Positions 48,958 to 59,455 of a DNA stretch of 64,000 nucleotides are shown in pieces; within the stretch, counting starts at the first letter, position 1; each line of letters begins with the position of its first letter. Location of the stretch: positions 13,280-77,279 of the IMG/VR virus record IMGVR_UViG_3300037487_000968. One strand, written 5' to 3'. The notes beneath the pieces were generated by a model, which worked only from the letters and a program-made list of their open reading frames with translations, was not told the origin of the DNA and ran no database searches. The translations under genes and the position numbers were made by a program. This DNA comes from a virus (taxonomy: Duplodnaviria; Heunggongvirae; Uroviricota; Caudoviricetes).

Positions 48958-49562
48958 AACCTTTAATATTAATGTATGTCTTCTATGATAAGAATGGAGA
49001 TATTAAAGCAATCACACCTGTATTAAATGATACCTATGCGGCTGACTTTTCTGTGGCAACTTTTCCACTGTCCGAAGTAGAAATGTTTTTAACCGCACAG
49101 AAAAACACGTTCGATTATCAGGTAAAGGTAGTTGAAAAAATAACAGGTATAACCTATTCCCTTGTTAAGAAGCAATTAAATATTAATTATACAAGAACAT
49201 TAAATACATATCTTACCAAAGTCGATGAAGTATTACCTAATGGTAATTCCGTTATTATTACTAACGATACAGTTAGGGGCGGTGTATTTATTGAAGTGAA
49301 CAAGGCATTAAAAGAAGTGCATAAGCAGATAGCATCTTCCGAAGAGCAAGAAGATGTTGTTAATAATTTCTTCAATAGTGGTCCATCAATTGTGTACCTT
49401 ACTAAAGAAAATAATCCTTATCATTTATTATTTTCGTTTTCATTCTTGCCGAAAACATTATTCAGTGTAGATAAATTGTATTTTCCTTATAAAGGGTCAT
49501 ATACTAATACAAGTGCCTATACGAAAAAAATAATAGTCGGGTACGGATTTAAAGAAAAATAA
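48954..49562 (+). CDS. Hypothetical protein
   Basis: 202-aa ORF translationally coupled to the upstream gene; no recognised motif. Confidence 0.65.
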   Translation: MKPLILMYVFYDKNGDIKAITPVLNDTYAADFSVATFPLSEVEMFLTAQKNTFDYQVKVVEKITGITYSLVKKQLNINYTRTLNTYLTKVDEVLPNGNSVIITNDTVRGGVFIEVNKALKEVHKQIASSEEQEDVVNNFFNSGPSIVYLTKENNPYHLLFSFSFLPKTLFSVDKLYFPYKGSYTNTSAYTKKIIVGYGFKEK

Positions 49563-49578
49563 CATAGGAATAAACCAA

Positions 49579-50583
49579 ATGGCATTTACACCAATGAGCG
49601 AATTATCAGTTATTTTTATCAGTTATGATGAAGATAATTGCGAAGAAAATTGGGCTGATTTACAGAACAAGGTGCCCTGGGCGCAACGTGTCCACGGTGT
49701 AAAAGGATCTGATGCAGCACATAAGGCTGCTGCAAATTTATCAGATACAAGTAGATTCATTTCAGTTGATGCCGATAATATTGTTGATCCTAATTTTTTC
49801 GATATGGAATTAGATTATGATCATCCTAAATTATCAGGTAAGGCAGTCAGCTGGGCAGCAAAAAATTATGTAAATGGTTTAGAATATGGCAACGGTGGCC
49901 TAAAATGCTGGCCTAAACAATATGTTTTAGATATGCGTACTCACGAAAATTCCGATAGTACTGATGAAAGAAATCAGGTAGATTTCTGTTGGGAAGATAG
50001 TTATGTACAGATGGCAAATCAGTACAGCACTACCTACCCAAATGGTAGTCCACGGCAGGCCTTCCGCGCAGGATTCAGAGAAGGTGTTAAGATGAGTTTA
50101 GATCAAGGTGGTAAAGTGCATCCAGATAATTTCAAGAAAACCATCTGGTGGGGAAATTATAAACGTCTTATCACATGGTGCAGTATTGGTGCCGATGTAG
50201 AAAACGGCTTATGGTCTATGTACGGTACTCGTTTAGGTTGTCAAATGACTAATCTAACAGATTGGAATTATGTAAATGTTAGAGACTTTGATTATCTAAA
50301 CAATCTATTTACAAACGAAATAATGCCTAAATTCGAAACAAAGGCAGATGTAACTACCGCGGAAAAATGCTATAAGACTGGCTATGTCTGGGATACACAT
50401 AAATTACAGAATTCAATTAACGAGTTAGGTGTTGATTTAAGAAAATGTCTTGGATTAGAACTTGCTGAATTAGACAAAATCGGTAGCAAATTCTATAAGG
50501 CAGCTCAATATAACACTCCTCGAATGAATAAAATGTTCACAGAAGAAGAGTTATACGAACTTCGAAGAATTAATAGCAAATGA
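49579..50583 (+). CDS. Glycosyltransferase-like protein (GT-A, DxD)
   Basis: VIFISYDE, VHGVKGSDAAHKAAA, ISVDADN, YGNGGLKCW, AFRAGFREGVKM. Confidence 0.65.
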   Translation: MAFTPMSELSVIFISYDEDNCEENWADLQNKVPWAQRVHGVKGSDAAHKAAANLSDTSRFISVDADNIVDPNFFDMELDYDHPKLSGKAVSWAAKNYVNGLEYGNGGLKCWPKQYVLDMRTHENSDSTDERNQVDFCWEDSYVQMANQYSTTYPNGSPRQAFRAGFREGVKMSLDQGGKVHPDNFKKTIWWGNYKRLITWCSIGADVENGLWSMYGTRLGCQMTNLTDWNYVNVRDFDYLNNLFTNEIMPKFETKADVTTAEKCYKTGYVWDTHKLQNSINELGVDLRKCLGLELAELDKIGSKFYKAAQYNTPRMNKMFTEEELYELRRINSK

Positions 50584-51176
50584 TAGATTCTTCGTTTATT
50601 ATTAAATACACAAATGCATTATATTCTACTCCTGCAGAGTTTGCACCCAGATATGACGAATTTCGTGATATGTTTAGTTCGGGTCAGGTTCTTAGTAAAG
50701 AATGGATTGTAGAACAACTCTACAATATAGATCATACATATTATAATAAAAAATTAATCATAGTTGGTGCTTGGTATGGCACACTAGGTATGATGCTTAA
50801 GAAAAAGTTTCCTAGTACAAAGGTAACAATGCTAGATATAGATCCTCGTTGTGAGAAATTTATTCATAATATGATCTATGATAATCCAGATTTAAAAAGC
50901 ATAACCGCAGATATGTATAGACATTCTTATGTCGAAGATGTTATAATAAATACAAGCTGCGAACATATCAACAATGTTCGAGAATGGTTATCTTTAATTC
51001 CTAAGGGTCGAATAGTTGTTTTACAATCAAACAATTATCTTAAAGGCAATGGGCATGTCAATTGTGTTAATAGCACAGAAGAATTTATAGAACAGGTAGA
51101 TTTATCGGATGTCTTATATACAGGCGAGTTAATAATGCCGATGTATACAAGATATATGATAATAGGTAAAACATAG
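50580..51176 (+). CDS. Class I SAM-dependent methyltransferase-like protein
   Basis: IIVGAWYG glycine loop, LDIDP acidic motif, INTSCEH, VLQSNN. Confidence 0.7.
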   Translation: MIDSSFIIKYTNALYSTPAEFAPRYDEFRDMFSSGQVLSKEWIVEQLYNIDHTYYNKKLIIVGAWYGTLGMMLKKKFPSTKVTMLDIDPRCEKFIHNMIYDNPDLKSITADMYRHSYVEDVIINTSCEHINNVREWLSLIPKGRIVVLQSNNYLKGNGHVNCVNSTEEFIEQVDLSDVLYTGELIMPMYTRYMIIGKT

Positions 51177-51185
51177 AGGGTATTT

Positions 51186-52595
51186 ATGAATGCAGATAAT
51201 GAACAATCTCGTATAGAGTTTATTAAGAAACGAGTTGATAAAGAGATTGGACCGACCTTTTGTTTGGCTAAATGGCACCATGTAACTATGTATCTGCAAT
51301 CAGGAGAAACACATAGTTGTTATCATCCTAAACCACATAAGATACCACTCGGCGAAATTGCTATTAACCCATCGGCTTTGCACAATACAGAAGAGAAAAA
51401 GCAAGAACGAAAGTTAATGTTAGAAGGTGGTAAACCTGTTGGATGTACCTATTGTTGGAATATAGAGGATATGGGTCCCGATTATGTAAGTGACAGACAT
51501 ATTCGTAATGCTTCTATCTTTAACGAAGAGAGACTTAAGGAGTGTGCAACCGGATCGTGGGATCAGAATATTAATCCACAGTATATAGAAATCAACTTTG
51601 GAAACGAATGCAATTTCAAATGCGGTTACTGCCATCCTAAATATTCAACACGCTTCTATAACGAGATTAAAGAGTTTGGCCCTGTTACGACTGTCTCGAA
51701 TCATCGTTGCGATATTGATTGGATGAGATTATATCAACGCGAAGACGAAAATCCTTATGTAGATGCATTCTGGAAGTGGTGGCCGGAACTTCGTAAGACA
51801 TTGACTATTATGCGTGTGACCGGTGGGGAACCATTATTACACCGAAGCACATGGCAGTTATTTGATAAATTAGAAGAAGACCCTTTACCACATTTAGAAT
51901 TAAATATAAACAGTAATCTAGGTGCTAAACATGCCTTGGTGAAAAAGCTGACAGAGAAGGTAACAAGTCTGCTAAAAGGTAATAAAATAAAAAGCTTTAA
52001 ATTATTTACTAGTTTGGATACTTGGGGACCGCGTGCTGAATATATTCGTACCGGTTTAGATTTAGTACTATGGGAAAGAAACTTTTATGAATACCTAAAT
52101 CAGACTAATAGTCCTATTACATTCATGATTACCTTTAATTTATTATCAGTAACAACCTTTAAATCTTTCTTAGCAAAAATATTAGAATGGCGCAAACAAT
52201 ATAAATCAAACGGCATGCCCGGTGAACAACAGCACCGTATTAGATTTGATACACCGTATCTACGTGATCCATTGCAGTATGACATGAACATATTACCTAA
52301 AAAAGACTTTATGCCATTTATGCTCGAATCGTTGAAGTTTATGGAAGATAATGTCGATAATGAAGATACTGATAAATTTACCAGTATAGAATATGAAAAA
52401 TTTAAAAGAGTTGTAAATTATATGGATACAACAATATACTCTGATGAAAAATTAATCACAGGGCGCCGAGATTTCTATAACTGGTTTTCGGCCTTAGACG
52501 CTCGACGCGAAACAAAGATATTATCAGTATTTCCGGAGATGAGCGATTTTTATCAATTGTGCGAAGAGATAAATCGCTCACACCCCAAGCTATGA
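51186..52595 (+). CDS. Radical SAM enzyme 1 with N-terminal Cys/His-rich auxiliary domain
   Basis: CNFKCGYC, TGGEPL, INSN; N-terminal CLAKW...HSCYHP...CTYC. Confidence 0.9.
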   Translation: MNADNEQSRIEFIKKRVDKEIGPTFCLAKWHHVTMYLQSGETHSCYHPKPHKIPLGEIAINPSALHNTEEKKQERKLMLEGGKPVGCTYCWNIEDMGPDYVSDRHIRNASIFNEERLKECATGSWDQNINPQYIEINFGNECNFKCGYCHPKYSTRFYNEIKEFGPVTTVSNHRCDIDWMRLYQREDENPYVDAFWKWWPELRKTLTIMRVTGGEPLLHRSTWQLFDKLEEDPLPHLELNINSNLGAKHALVKKLTEKVTSLLKGNKIKSFKLFTSLDTWGPRAEYIRTGLDLVLWERNFYEYLNQTNSPITFMITFNLLSVTTFKSFLAKILEWRKQYKSNGMPGEQQHRIRFDTPYLRDPLQYDMNILPKKDFMPFMLESLKFMEDNVDNEDTDKFTSIEYEKFKRVVNYMDTTIYSDEKLITGRRDFYNWFSALDARRETKILSVFPEMSDFYQLCEEINRSHPKL

Positions 52596-53791
52596 CAATC
52601 GATCATAATATAGTTTGTCTCATGCCATGGATGCATATGCATGTATGGCCTAACGGCGATACCTTTCCTTGCTGCATGAGTGATTCTAGCATTGTATTTG
52701 GTAATGTTCATAGAGAAAATATCAACGAATTAATTAATAATAATAATTATAAGACACTAAGAAAACAAATGATACAGGGAGAAAAACCTGCGGCCTGTTC
52801 ACGATGTTACGAATTGGAAACTTCAGCCAATAGTTGGACACTAAGAAAGAATAGCCTATCTAGTTTTAAAGATTATTTACCTCTTATAGGGGAGACCAAC
52901 AAAGACGGTAGTATAGATAACTTTAAAATGAGATATATGGATATTCGCTTCAGTAATTTATGTAATATGAAATGTAGAACCTGCGGGCCCGATTTAAGTA
53001 GTACATGGCATGAAGATCAAGTAGTTATGTATCCGGAATATTCGTCTCCTAAGTTCATAGATTTAAAAACCAATCCCACTTTTATGGAGCAATTAATACC
53101 TCATCTGAATACAATAGAGGAGGTATATTTTGCCGGTGGTGAGGCATTAATAACACCACAACATTATGAAATATTAGATTATTGGTTGGCCAAAGGCAAA
53201 ACTGATGTGAAATTGCGTTATACAACAAACTTTAGTGGGCTAAAATATAAGAATAAATCTATTTTAGATTATTGGAAAAAATTTAAAGATGTAAGAGTTG
53301 CAGCAAGCTTAGATACATATGGCGTTCGTGCAGAGTATGCTAGAAAAGGTACAAATTGGGATAAAATTATTCAAAATCGAAGTATAATGATTGAAAGTTG
53401 TCCCGATGTTTATTTTGAAATTACACCTACAGTAAGTATTTTTAGTGTTCATAGTCTATTTAATTTTCACAAAGAATGGGTAGAAAAAGGTCTTCTAAAT
53501 ATAAACAATATTAGAATTAATATTTTAACTCATCCTCGGTATTTCTCTATTACTATATTACCCGAAGAATATAAAGAAGAGATATGTAATTTATACAAGA
53601 AGTACGAAGAATGGCTAATAAATAATGGTGCACAGAAACATATAATAAATGCTATTCGTGGTATAGTAAGTTACATGAATAGTGAGAATCATACAGAATT
53701 ATTAGAACAATTCAAAACAGAAATCAACAGAATCGACAATATTAGAAATGAAAATTTTAAAGATATATACCCGGAGTTAAAAAATTTATGA
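52592..53791 (+). CDS. Radical SAM enzyme 2 with N-terminal SPASM/twitch-like domain
   Basis: CNMKCRTC, FAGGE, YTTN; N-terminal CLMPW...PCC...CSRC; ATG 52592 overlaps the upstream stop. Confidence 0.9.
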   Translation: MTIDHNIVCLMPWMHMHVWPNGDTFPCCMSDSSIVFGNVHRENINELINNNNYKTLRKQMIQGEKPAACSRCYELETSANSWTLRKNSLSSFKDYLPLIGETNKDGSIDNFKMRYMDIRFSNLCNMKCRTCGPDLSSTWHEDQVVMYPEYSSPKFIDLKTNPTFMEQLIPHLNTIEEVYFAGGEALITPQHYEILDYWLAKGKTDVKLRYTTNFSGLKYKNKSILDYWKKFKDVRVAASLDTYGVRAEYARKGTNWDKIIQNRSIMIESCPDVYFEITPTVSIFSVHSLFNFHKEWVEKGLLNINNIRINILTHPRYFSITILPEEYKEEICNLYKKYEEWLINNGAQKHIINAIRGIVSYMNSENHTELLEQFKTEINRIDNIRNENFKDIYPELKNL

Positions 53792-55146
53792 GTACTACAG
53801 TACCTGAAGATATTCCTCAAGAAAAAAGAATAGAATGGTTATCTAAGAATTTAGATAAATTTTGTGTGTTACCGTGGCTTAATTTAAATACAAACACAGA
53901 TGGTAACATAAAGCTATGTTGTAATATTCAGTTAGAACATTTAGTAGCAGATGCTGATACCGGCACATATAACCTAGGTAAACACGATATAGAGACAATA
54001 TGGAATAGTGTCTATATGAAATATACGCGCAAAATGCACCGTCGTAATTTCGGTTCTACCGAATGCAAAGAATGCTATAAGGCAGAGAAAGTGTCCGGGC
54101 ATAGTCCACGGGTAGGGCAGAATGCATTATGGATAGAAAGACAGGACCATGACGAACAGCTCAAAAACCATCTTGTTGATGTTTCGCAAGAGGAGCCGAT
54201 GGTTAATCCGGTACAGTTACCTACTAGCCTAGAACTTAGATTAGGTAATCAATGTAATCTAAGATGTATAACATGCTGGGGCATGAGTAGTTCTTTAATA
54301 CATGAAGAAAGATCGGCATATCTAAAGAATAATTTATTAGATGACCCAAAACTAATATGGCTAAAGTCGAGGTGGAAAAACGAAATAGAAACTGTTGAGA
54401 AGACAGAAGTTAGTGAATGGTTTGATACTGACATATTCTATAATAATTTCAGAAAAATGGCGCCTACTCTTAGACGTCTATACACAACCGGCGGCGAACC
54501 TACAGTAATTAAAGCAAATTATAAGATGTTACAAATGTTGCTAGATGCAGGAAATACTGACTGTAGAATAGAATTTACAAGTAATATGACTAACTGGAAT
54601 CCATTATTCTACAGTAATTTATCTAAATTTAAGAATGTCGAAATACAAATGAGTATAGATGGCGTAGATGAAATTGGGGAATATATCAGATACCCGAGTG
54701 ACTTCTCTAAAGTAAGAGAAAATATTGATAAGGTAGTAAAAATAGCATCAAGAAATCCTAATTGGAGTATTAAATGCTATACCGTATTGCAGGCACTAAA
54801 TTATAAACATCTTACACCCATATGGGATTTATTAAATAACATAGGATTTAAGTACTGTAAGAGTATAGACTGGTGGCCAATAACATTAGTTGCGCCAGCG
54901 TTTTTATCATTAGGCGCTGTACCGTTAGAAACACGCACTGAATATATGCCAGAATTGCAGAAGGCTTTTGATTTATTCAAAGAGTTAGGAGACGGTCGTT
55001 TATATCTAGCAGATGATACAATTAGTGCATGTAAAGAATCTATGTTAAATGTATCATATCAGCCCATACTAGAATCTAATCTTGCAACTTTTATAGAATT
55101 TACAGATAAACAACGAGCAGTAACTAATAAATTAGGAAAAATATGA
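53788..55146 (+). CDS. Radical SAM enzyme 3 with N-terminal SPASM/twitch-like domain
   Basis: CNLRCITC, TGGEPT, SIDG; N-terminal CVLPW...LCC...CKEC. Confidence 0.9.
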   Translation: MSTTVPEDIPQEKRIEWLSKNLDKFCVLPWLNLNTNTDGNIKLCCNIQLEHLVADADTGTYNLGKHDIETIWNSVYMKYTRKMHRRNFGSTECKECYKAEKVSGHSPRVGQNALWIERQDHDEQLKNHLVDVSQEEPMVNPVQLPTSLELRLGNQCNLRCITCWGMSSSLIHEERSAYLKNNLLDDPKLIWLKSRWKNEIETVEKTEVSEWFDTDIFYNNFRKMAPTLRRLYTTGGEPTVIKANYKMLQMLLDAGNTDCRIEFTSNMTNWNPLFYSNLSKFKNVEIQMSIDGVDEIGEYIRYPSDFSKVRENIDKVVKIASRNPNWSIKCYTVLQALNYKHLTPIWDLLNNIGFKYCKSIDWWPITLVAPAFLSLGAVPLETRTEYMPELQKAFDLFKELGDGRLYLADDTISACKESMLNVSYQPILESNLATFIEFTDKQRAVTNKLGKI

Positions 55147-56126
55147 TAGACGACACATTGATAGAAATTAAACCTAAGAGTAGGCCGTACGTTAGTATAA
55201 CCTGGCAGGTCAGCGATTTCTGTAATTATAAATGTAAATACTGTAACCCTGGTAATTGGGCCGGCAATAATGCTAAGAACAGGAATGAGTCAGAATATGA
55301 ACAGGTACTCTATAACTTAAATTATCTCCTTGGCCATTATGAAACTCGCGGGTATAATGCATTTAAGTTTTATTTTAGCGGAGGCGAACCAACAGTATGG
55401 CCACATCTGCTTCCGCTCATTACCTGGTTAAAAGGGAGACTTGATGATCCGCAAATAGGTATCAATACAAATCTTAGTACATCTACGGCTTGGTGGAAAA
55501 AGAACCATCATTTATTTCACGATGTTGTTGCAAGTTATCATATTGATTTTGCCAATACAGAGAGATACATAAATAATCTTATTTTCTTACAGGATAAAGT
55601 TAATTATCTATGCAGCAGAATGATGATGCAAGAGGATAAATTTGATGAAATAATATTATTCGGTGAAAGAGTAAAATCTACATTGCAAAATTATAATATA
55701 GAATGGGTACCGTTATTCGACGAAATTAGTGTCGATACCGGGCCGTGGAAATATAAAGAACAGCGTATGTATGATTTCTTTGAGACTCACAGTTTTGATA
55801 CTCAGACATTATTAAAGAAACCTGCAAGTAGTCGATGGGCTTGCGCCAGTAATGAAATATATGATTCGGGTAGAATAATTCCGTTGAACGGGAATAGATT
55901 AGTAGCGGAACGTAGGAACTTTTTCGAAGGTTGGCAATGTAATGTTGATGAAAGTTTATTTATTAATAGTGCAGGTAATATCACTGCTGCTAGTTGCGGC
56001 CAAGGTCCCGCACTAGGTAATATATATGATACCGTTAATGCTATGTCGCAACCTATTATATGTAAGAAAACGCAATGTACGTGTGGTACAGATATTCTTA
56101 TAACTAAATCTCGCAAAAATGGCTGA
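55143..56126 (+). CDS. Radical SAM enzyme 4 with C-terminal Cys-rich domain
   Basis: CNYKCKYC, SGGEPT, INTN; C-terminal WQC...ASC...ICKKTQCTC. Confidence 0.9.
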   Translation: MIDDTLIEIKPKSRPYVSITWQVSDFCNYKCKYCNPGNWAGNNAKNRNESEYEQVLYNLNYLLGHYETRGYNAFKFYFSGGEPTVWPHLLPLITWLKGRLDDPQIGINTNLSTSTAWWKKNHHLFHDVVASYHIDFANTERYINNLIFLQDKVNYLCSRMMMQEDKFDEIILFGERVKSTLQNYNIEWVPLFDEISVDTGPWKYKEQRMYDFFETHSFDTQTLLKKPASSRWACASNEIYDSGRIIPLNGNRLVAERRNFFEGWQCNVDESLFINSAGNITAASCGQGPALGNIYDTVNAMSQPIICKKTQCTCGTDILITKSRKNG

Positions 56127-57372
56127 CCCTATCTACTGTGCCTTAGCATTTAATTCAGTTAGCTTCGGGCCGTTTGGTGGCAGTAGACCATGCTGTGCAG
56201 TTGATACACAGTTTTGGCAAGAAAGTAAAGACATACTTTCTGACTACGATGACCAAATAATACCATGGTTTAATAACCCGTCTTTAGTAAAGTTACGAAA
56301 GACATTATTAGAAGGTAAATGGAGTCCGGTGTGTAATATGTGTAAAACACGTGAACAACACGGACAACCTAGCACAAGAACAATATTCAATGAAGAATTA
56401 ACAAGAATTGAAACTCGTACCAAACTAGATTGGAGAGAAGATAAAAGTATTTTAACCAATCTATCTAAGGTATTTCTATTAGATGTTACTGTTGGTAATA
56501 AATGCAATAGTGCATGTCTAATGTGCAATCCAGCAGCTAGTTCTTTATGGGCTAAAGAACAAGAAATAATTACAGGGAAAGAATTTGAATGGATATCGAA
56601 AAATTGGTTTGCCGAAGAGCATGTACCTGCATTATTAGATCACTTACCTAATTTACGTACCATACAATTTGTTGGTGGAGAACCCACAATTAGTCAACCA
56701 CATATTTTTCTGTTAAAAAGACTGATAGAATTAGATCGTGCTAAGAATATTTCGTTAGGATACGTTACGAATCTAACCGGTGTATCAGCTGAATTATTAG
56801 AACTGTGGGGGCACTTTGGTACTAAAAATATCACCATTAGTGTTGATGGTGTTGGCCCTGTCAACGAATATATTAGGTACCCGTTCAGCTGGAATAAAGT
56901 AGTAAATCAATTATCTAACCTTAAAGAGATAGCGAAGAATGGGGGTTATAATATAGGTTTAAGTCATACCGTAACTTCACTTAATCTATTAACAATAGAT
57001 CAATTATTAAGTTGGTGGGAAGAGGAAGTAAAAGATGGATCGGGTGTATCTACATGGTTACCACATATACAATGCGTAAATAATCCTGATCATTTTAATC
57101 CAATTTATATGCCGCGGGATATGAAGGAAAAGGCTCGAGAAAGTCTACTCAGGGTAGAGGAAATGTGTATAAAAAATAACCTTGGTCCAAAATATACAGC
57201 AGCAATGGATAATATAAGAACAAATATATTAGATAAAGATGCACCCGAAGGGCCGGTATATGCACGTACCATGTGGTTAAAAATGCAAGACTTCTTAATT
57301 TCTTTAGATAAATACAGAAATAGAGATATATTTGAATACTTACCTTTTATGAAAGAATACTGGATCAACTAA
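56119..57372 (+). CDS. Radical SAM enzyme 5 with N-terminal SPASM/twitch-like domain
   Basis: CNSACLMC, VGGEPT, SVDG; N-terminal YCALA...PCC...CNMC. Confidence 0.9.
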   Translation: MADPIYCALAFNSVSFGPFGGSRPCCAVDTQFWQESKDILSDYDDQIIPWFNNPSLVKLRKTLLEGKWSPVCNMCKTREQHGQPSTRTIFNEELTRIETRTKLDWREDKSILTNLSKVFLLDVTVGNKCNSACLMCNPAASSLWAKEQEIITGKEFEWISKNWFAEEHVPALLDHLPNLRTIQFVGGEPTISQPHIFLLKRLIELDRAKNISLGYVTNLTGVSAELLELWGHFGTKNITISVDGVGPVNEYIRYPFSWNKVVNQLSNLKEIAKNGGYNIGLSHTVTSLNLLTIDQLLSWWEEEVKDGSGVSTWLPHIQCVNNPDHFNPIYMPRDMKEKARESLLRVEEMCIKNNLGPKYTAAMDNIRTNILDKDAPEGPVYARTMWLKMQDFLISLDKYRNRDIFEYLPFMKEYWIN

Positions 57373-57374
57373 AT

Positions 57375-57962
57375 ATGCCAAATCCTAATTTAACTAACAT
57401 ACTTAATTTAGCAATCTGCCTATATGGACTAAACGAAGATAAAGAACTCGTACAAAGAATAAGAAAAGAAAATGATAGAATTTTCCCAGGACACCGATTA
57501 ACTTATTTCGAAACTACAAGTGACCCAATTCTTCACAGAAATTTGTGGCTAGCGAGCTTTAAGAAACGCCAGCATGAATTAAACAATATCGTTGAATTTG
57601 ATGCATGTTTAGCACTTAATATCGAAGATAAATGGGTAACTGATTTTCTGTATTCTCCAACTAATCCAGTATTTGACTTAATAATAAATCCTTTAACATT
57701 TAAGAATATGTCAGATGAGAAATTATATTTCGTTAAAGGCGCCTACAGTAAGGGATTTACAGTTATCTCACCTAGTGTATTTTTTGCATCATCGTTGCTA
57801 TTTGATCTAGCGTGTAATTTCAGTATTGCAAGGCCGACATTTCCGAAGGATAGGGCAAGAGAAACAGATGATGAGGATTTTTATTACTTTTTAAAAACTC
57901 TTAAAATAAGAACGGAGTGTACGAACTATGAGAATAGCAGTTTGTTTAAGCGGACAACCTAG
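57375..57962 (+). CDS. Hypothetical protein, possibly a degenerate paralog of the downstream gene
   Basis: LAICLYG and KKRQHELNNIVEFD resemble IAVCLSG and KKQYEIENNFRYD of the next ORF. Confidence 0.55.
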   Translation: MPNPNLTNILNLAICLYGLNEDKELVQRIRKENDRIFPGHRLTYFETTSDPILHRNLWLASFKKRQHELNNIVEFDACLALNIEDKWVTDFLYSPTNPVFDLIINPLTFKNMSDEKLYFVKGAYSKGFTVISPSVFFASSLLFDLACNFSIARPTFPKDRARETDDEDFYYFLKTLKIRTECTNYENSSLFKRTT

Positions 57963-58725
57963 GGTTATTGATTATGCAGCCCAGTCGATTCTAAATTTCT
58001 TTTCGGGCGAACATCAGTATGATTTTTTTTGCCATACATGGGATTATAATTCGTATAAACGTAAGAAAGAGAATCCCGAAATTGGTGAGTTTCCTGTATG
58101 GTGGGAAAAAGATGTTAAGGTAGATGTAGAACAATTAAAGAACTCTCTTGCATTATTTAATCCTAAGAAGTATATCATTCATGATGCACATGTATTAGGT
58201 AAACGATTTATATGGGATTCATTAATGTATTCGTTAATGTATGCAAATAATCTTAAAAAACAATACGAAATAGAAAATAATTTTAGATATGACTTCGTTG
58301 TTAAATCTAGGTATGATACTATTTTTTCACCCGACCGTAAGTTTGTGTTAAACAAACGGGCAGATAAAGATAATTATTTAGATTCTTTCTGCATTCATGA
58401 TGCCAGAATGACTTACGAATATAATAGGGTGAACACATCGGATAATGTATTTTATGGAACATCGTTGGGGATGGATATGATATGCGATGTATATAGACAT
58501 ATTTATATAAAGATGAAAAATATAAGATTAGATGATTTTGAATATCTAGGACCCGGGTCGTATATATCCGATTATGCCGAAGGTAGAAATCTACGATTAA
58601 TAGCAGCAGCGAGTGAACTATTTGAGACTGTATATAGAAAAGAAATGATACCACAAGATCCTGTTGCTAACTTCCCTGCCTTTCGCGAATTTAACCAATC
58701 TATGTATAGAAGGATATATGATTAA
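57928..58725 (+). CDS. Putative glycosyltransferase-like protein
   Basis: MRIAVCLSGQPR start, FCHTW, YDFVVKSRYD motifs, typical of proteins in surface glycan loci. Confidence 0.6.
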   Translation: MRIAVCLSGQPRVIDYAAQSILNFFSGEHQYDFFCHTWDYNSYKRKKENPEIGEFPVWWEKDVKVDVEQLKNSLALFNPKKYIIHDAHVLGKRFIWDSLMYSLMYANNLKKQYEIENNFRYDFVVKSRYDTIFSPDRKFVLNKRADKDNYLDSFCIHDARMTYEYNRVNTSDNVFYGTSLGMDMICDVYRHIYIKMKNIRLDDFEYLGPGSYISDYAEGRNLRLIAAASELFETVYRKEMIPQDPVANFPAFREFNQSMYRRIYD

Positions 58726-59455
58726 ACTATTCTATGCAGTTGGCGATTCTTTTGTATTTGGGCAAGAAATGGGCCCCCCAATTACACCTCAAAATTTACA
58801 TATATTTGACGATTATAAAAGACGTCATTGTTATACCGGTATAATATCTGATGCACTAAAGATAGAGAATTATAAAAATAGTGCCTGCCCTGCCGCATCT
58901 AATGAACGATCGTACAGAATGTTAATAAACGACATAACTACCGCAATGTTGACATATAAGCCCGATGAAATTTTTGTAAATATAGGATTAACAAGTGCAA
59001 CTCGACGAGAATTTTGTATGAATGAAAGAGGGCATTACTACTTACATATGCATACATATGAACCGTCACTTGAGCATAATATACAGTGTCATGACTTATG
59101 GAAAGTTATAGTTAAAGACTTTAATCACTCATTAGGCGACGAAATGTTTAATGCCATGCTAATCTTGGGTATGCAAAATTTCTTATATGTTAATAAGATT
59201 CCGTACCTAATGTCTTACTCTTTACGTACACCCCATGGCATAGCAGTAACCAATGAGTGCGTGCCTGCACCTGTGTTAAACCAAATACGTTCGAGAAGAT
59301 TTTTTTCGTGGCCGTCCTTCATGGAATTCGTTTTAAATAATTCCTACGATAGGGGACCCGGGCACCATCCGTTAGAAGTGGGTCACTTAGCATGGGCCGA
59401 ACTTCTTTTAAGGTATATAAATGACAATAATTTATTAGATAATTCGGATCTATGA
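58718..59455 (+). CDS. SGNH/GDSL hydrolase-like protein
   Basis: ATG 58718 after AAGGA; GDSFVFG block I; C-terminal HHPLEVGH. Confidence 0.7.
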   Translation: MIKLFYAVGDSFVFGQEMGPPITPQNLHIFDDYKRRHCYTGIISDALKIENYKNSACPAASNERSYRMLINDITTAMLTYKPDEIFVNIGLTSATRREFCMNERGHYYLHMHTYEPSLEHNIQCHDLWKVIVKDFNHSLGDEMFNAMLILGMQNFLYVNKIPYLMSYSLRTPHGIAVTNECVPAPVLNQIRSRRFFSWPSFMEFVLNNSYDRGPGHHPLEVGHLAWAELLLRYINDNNLLDNSDL

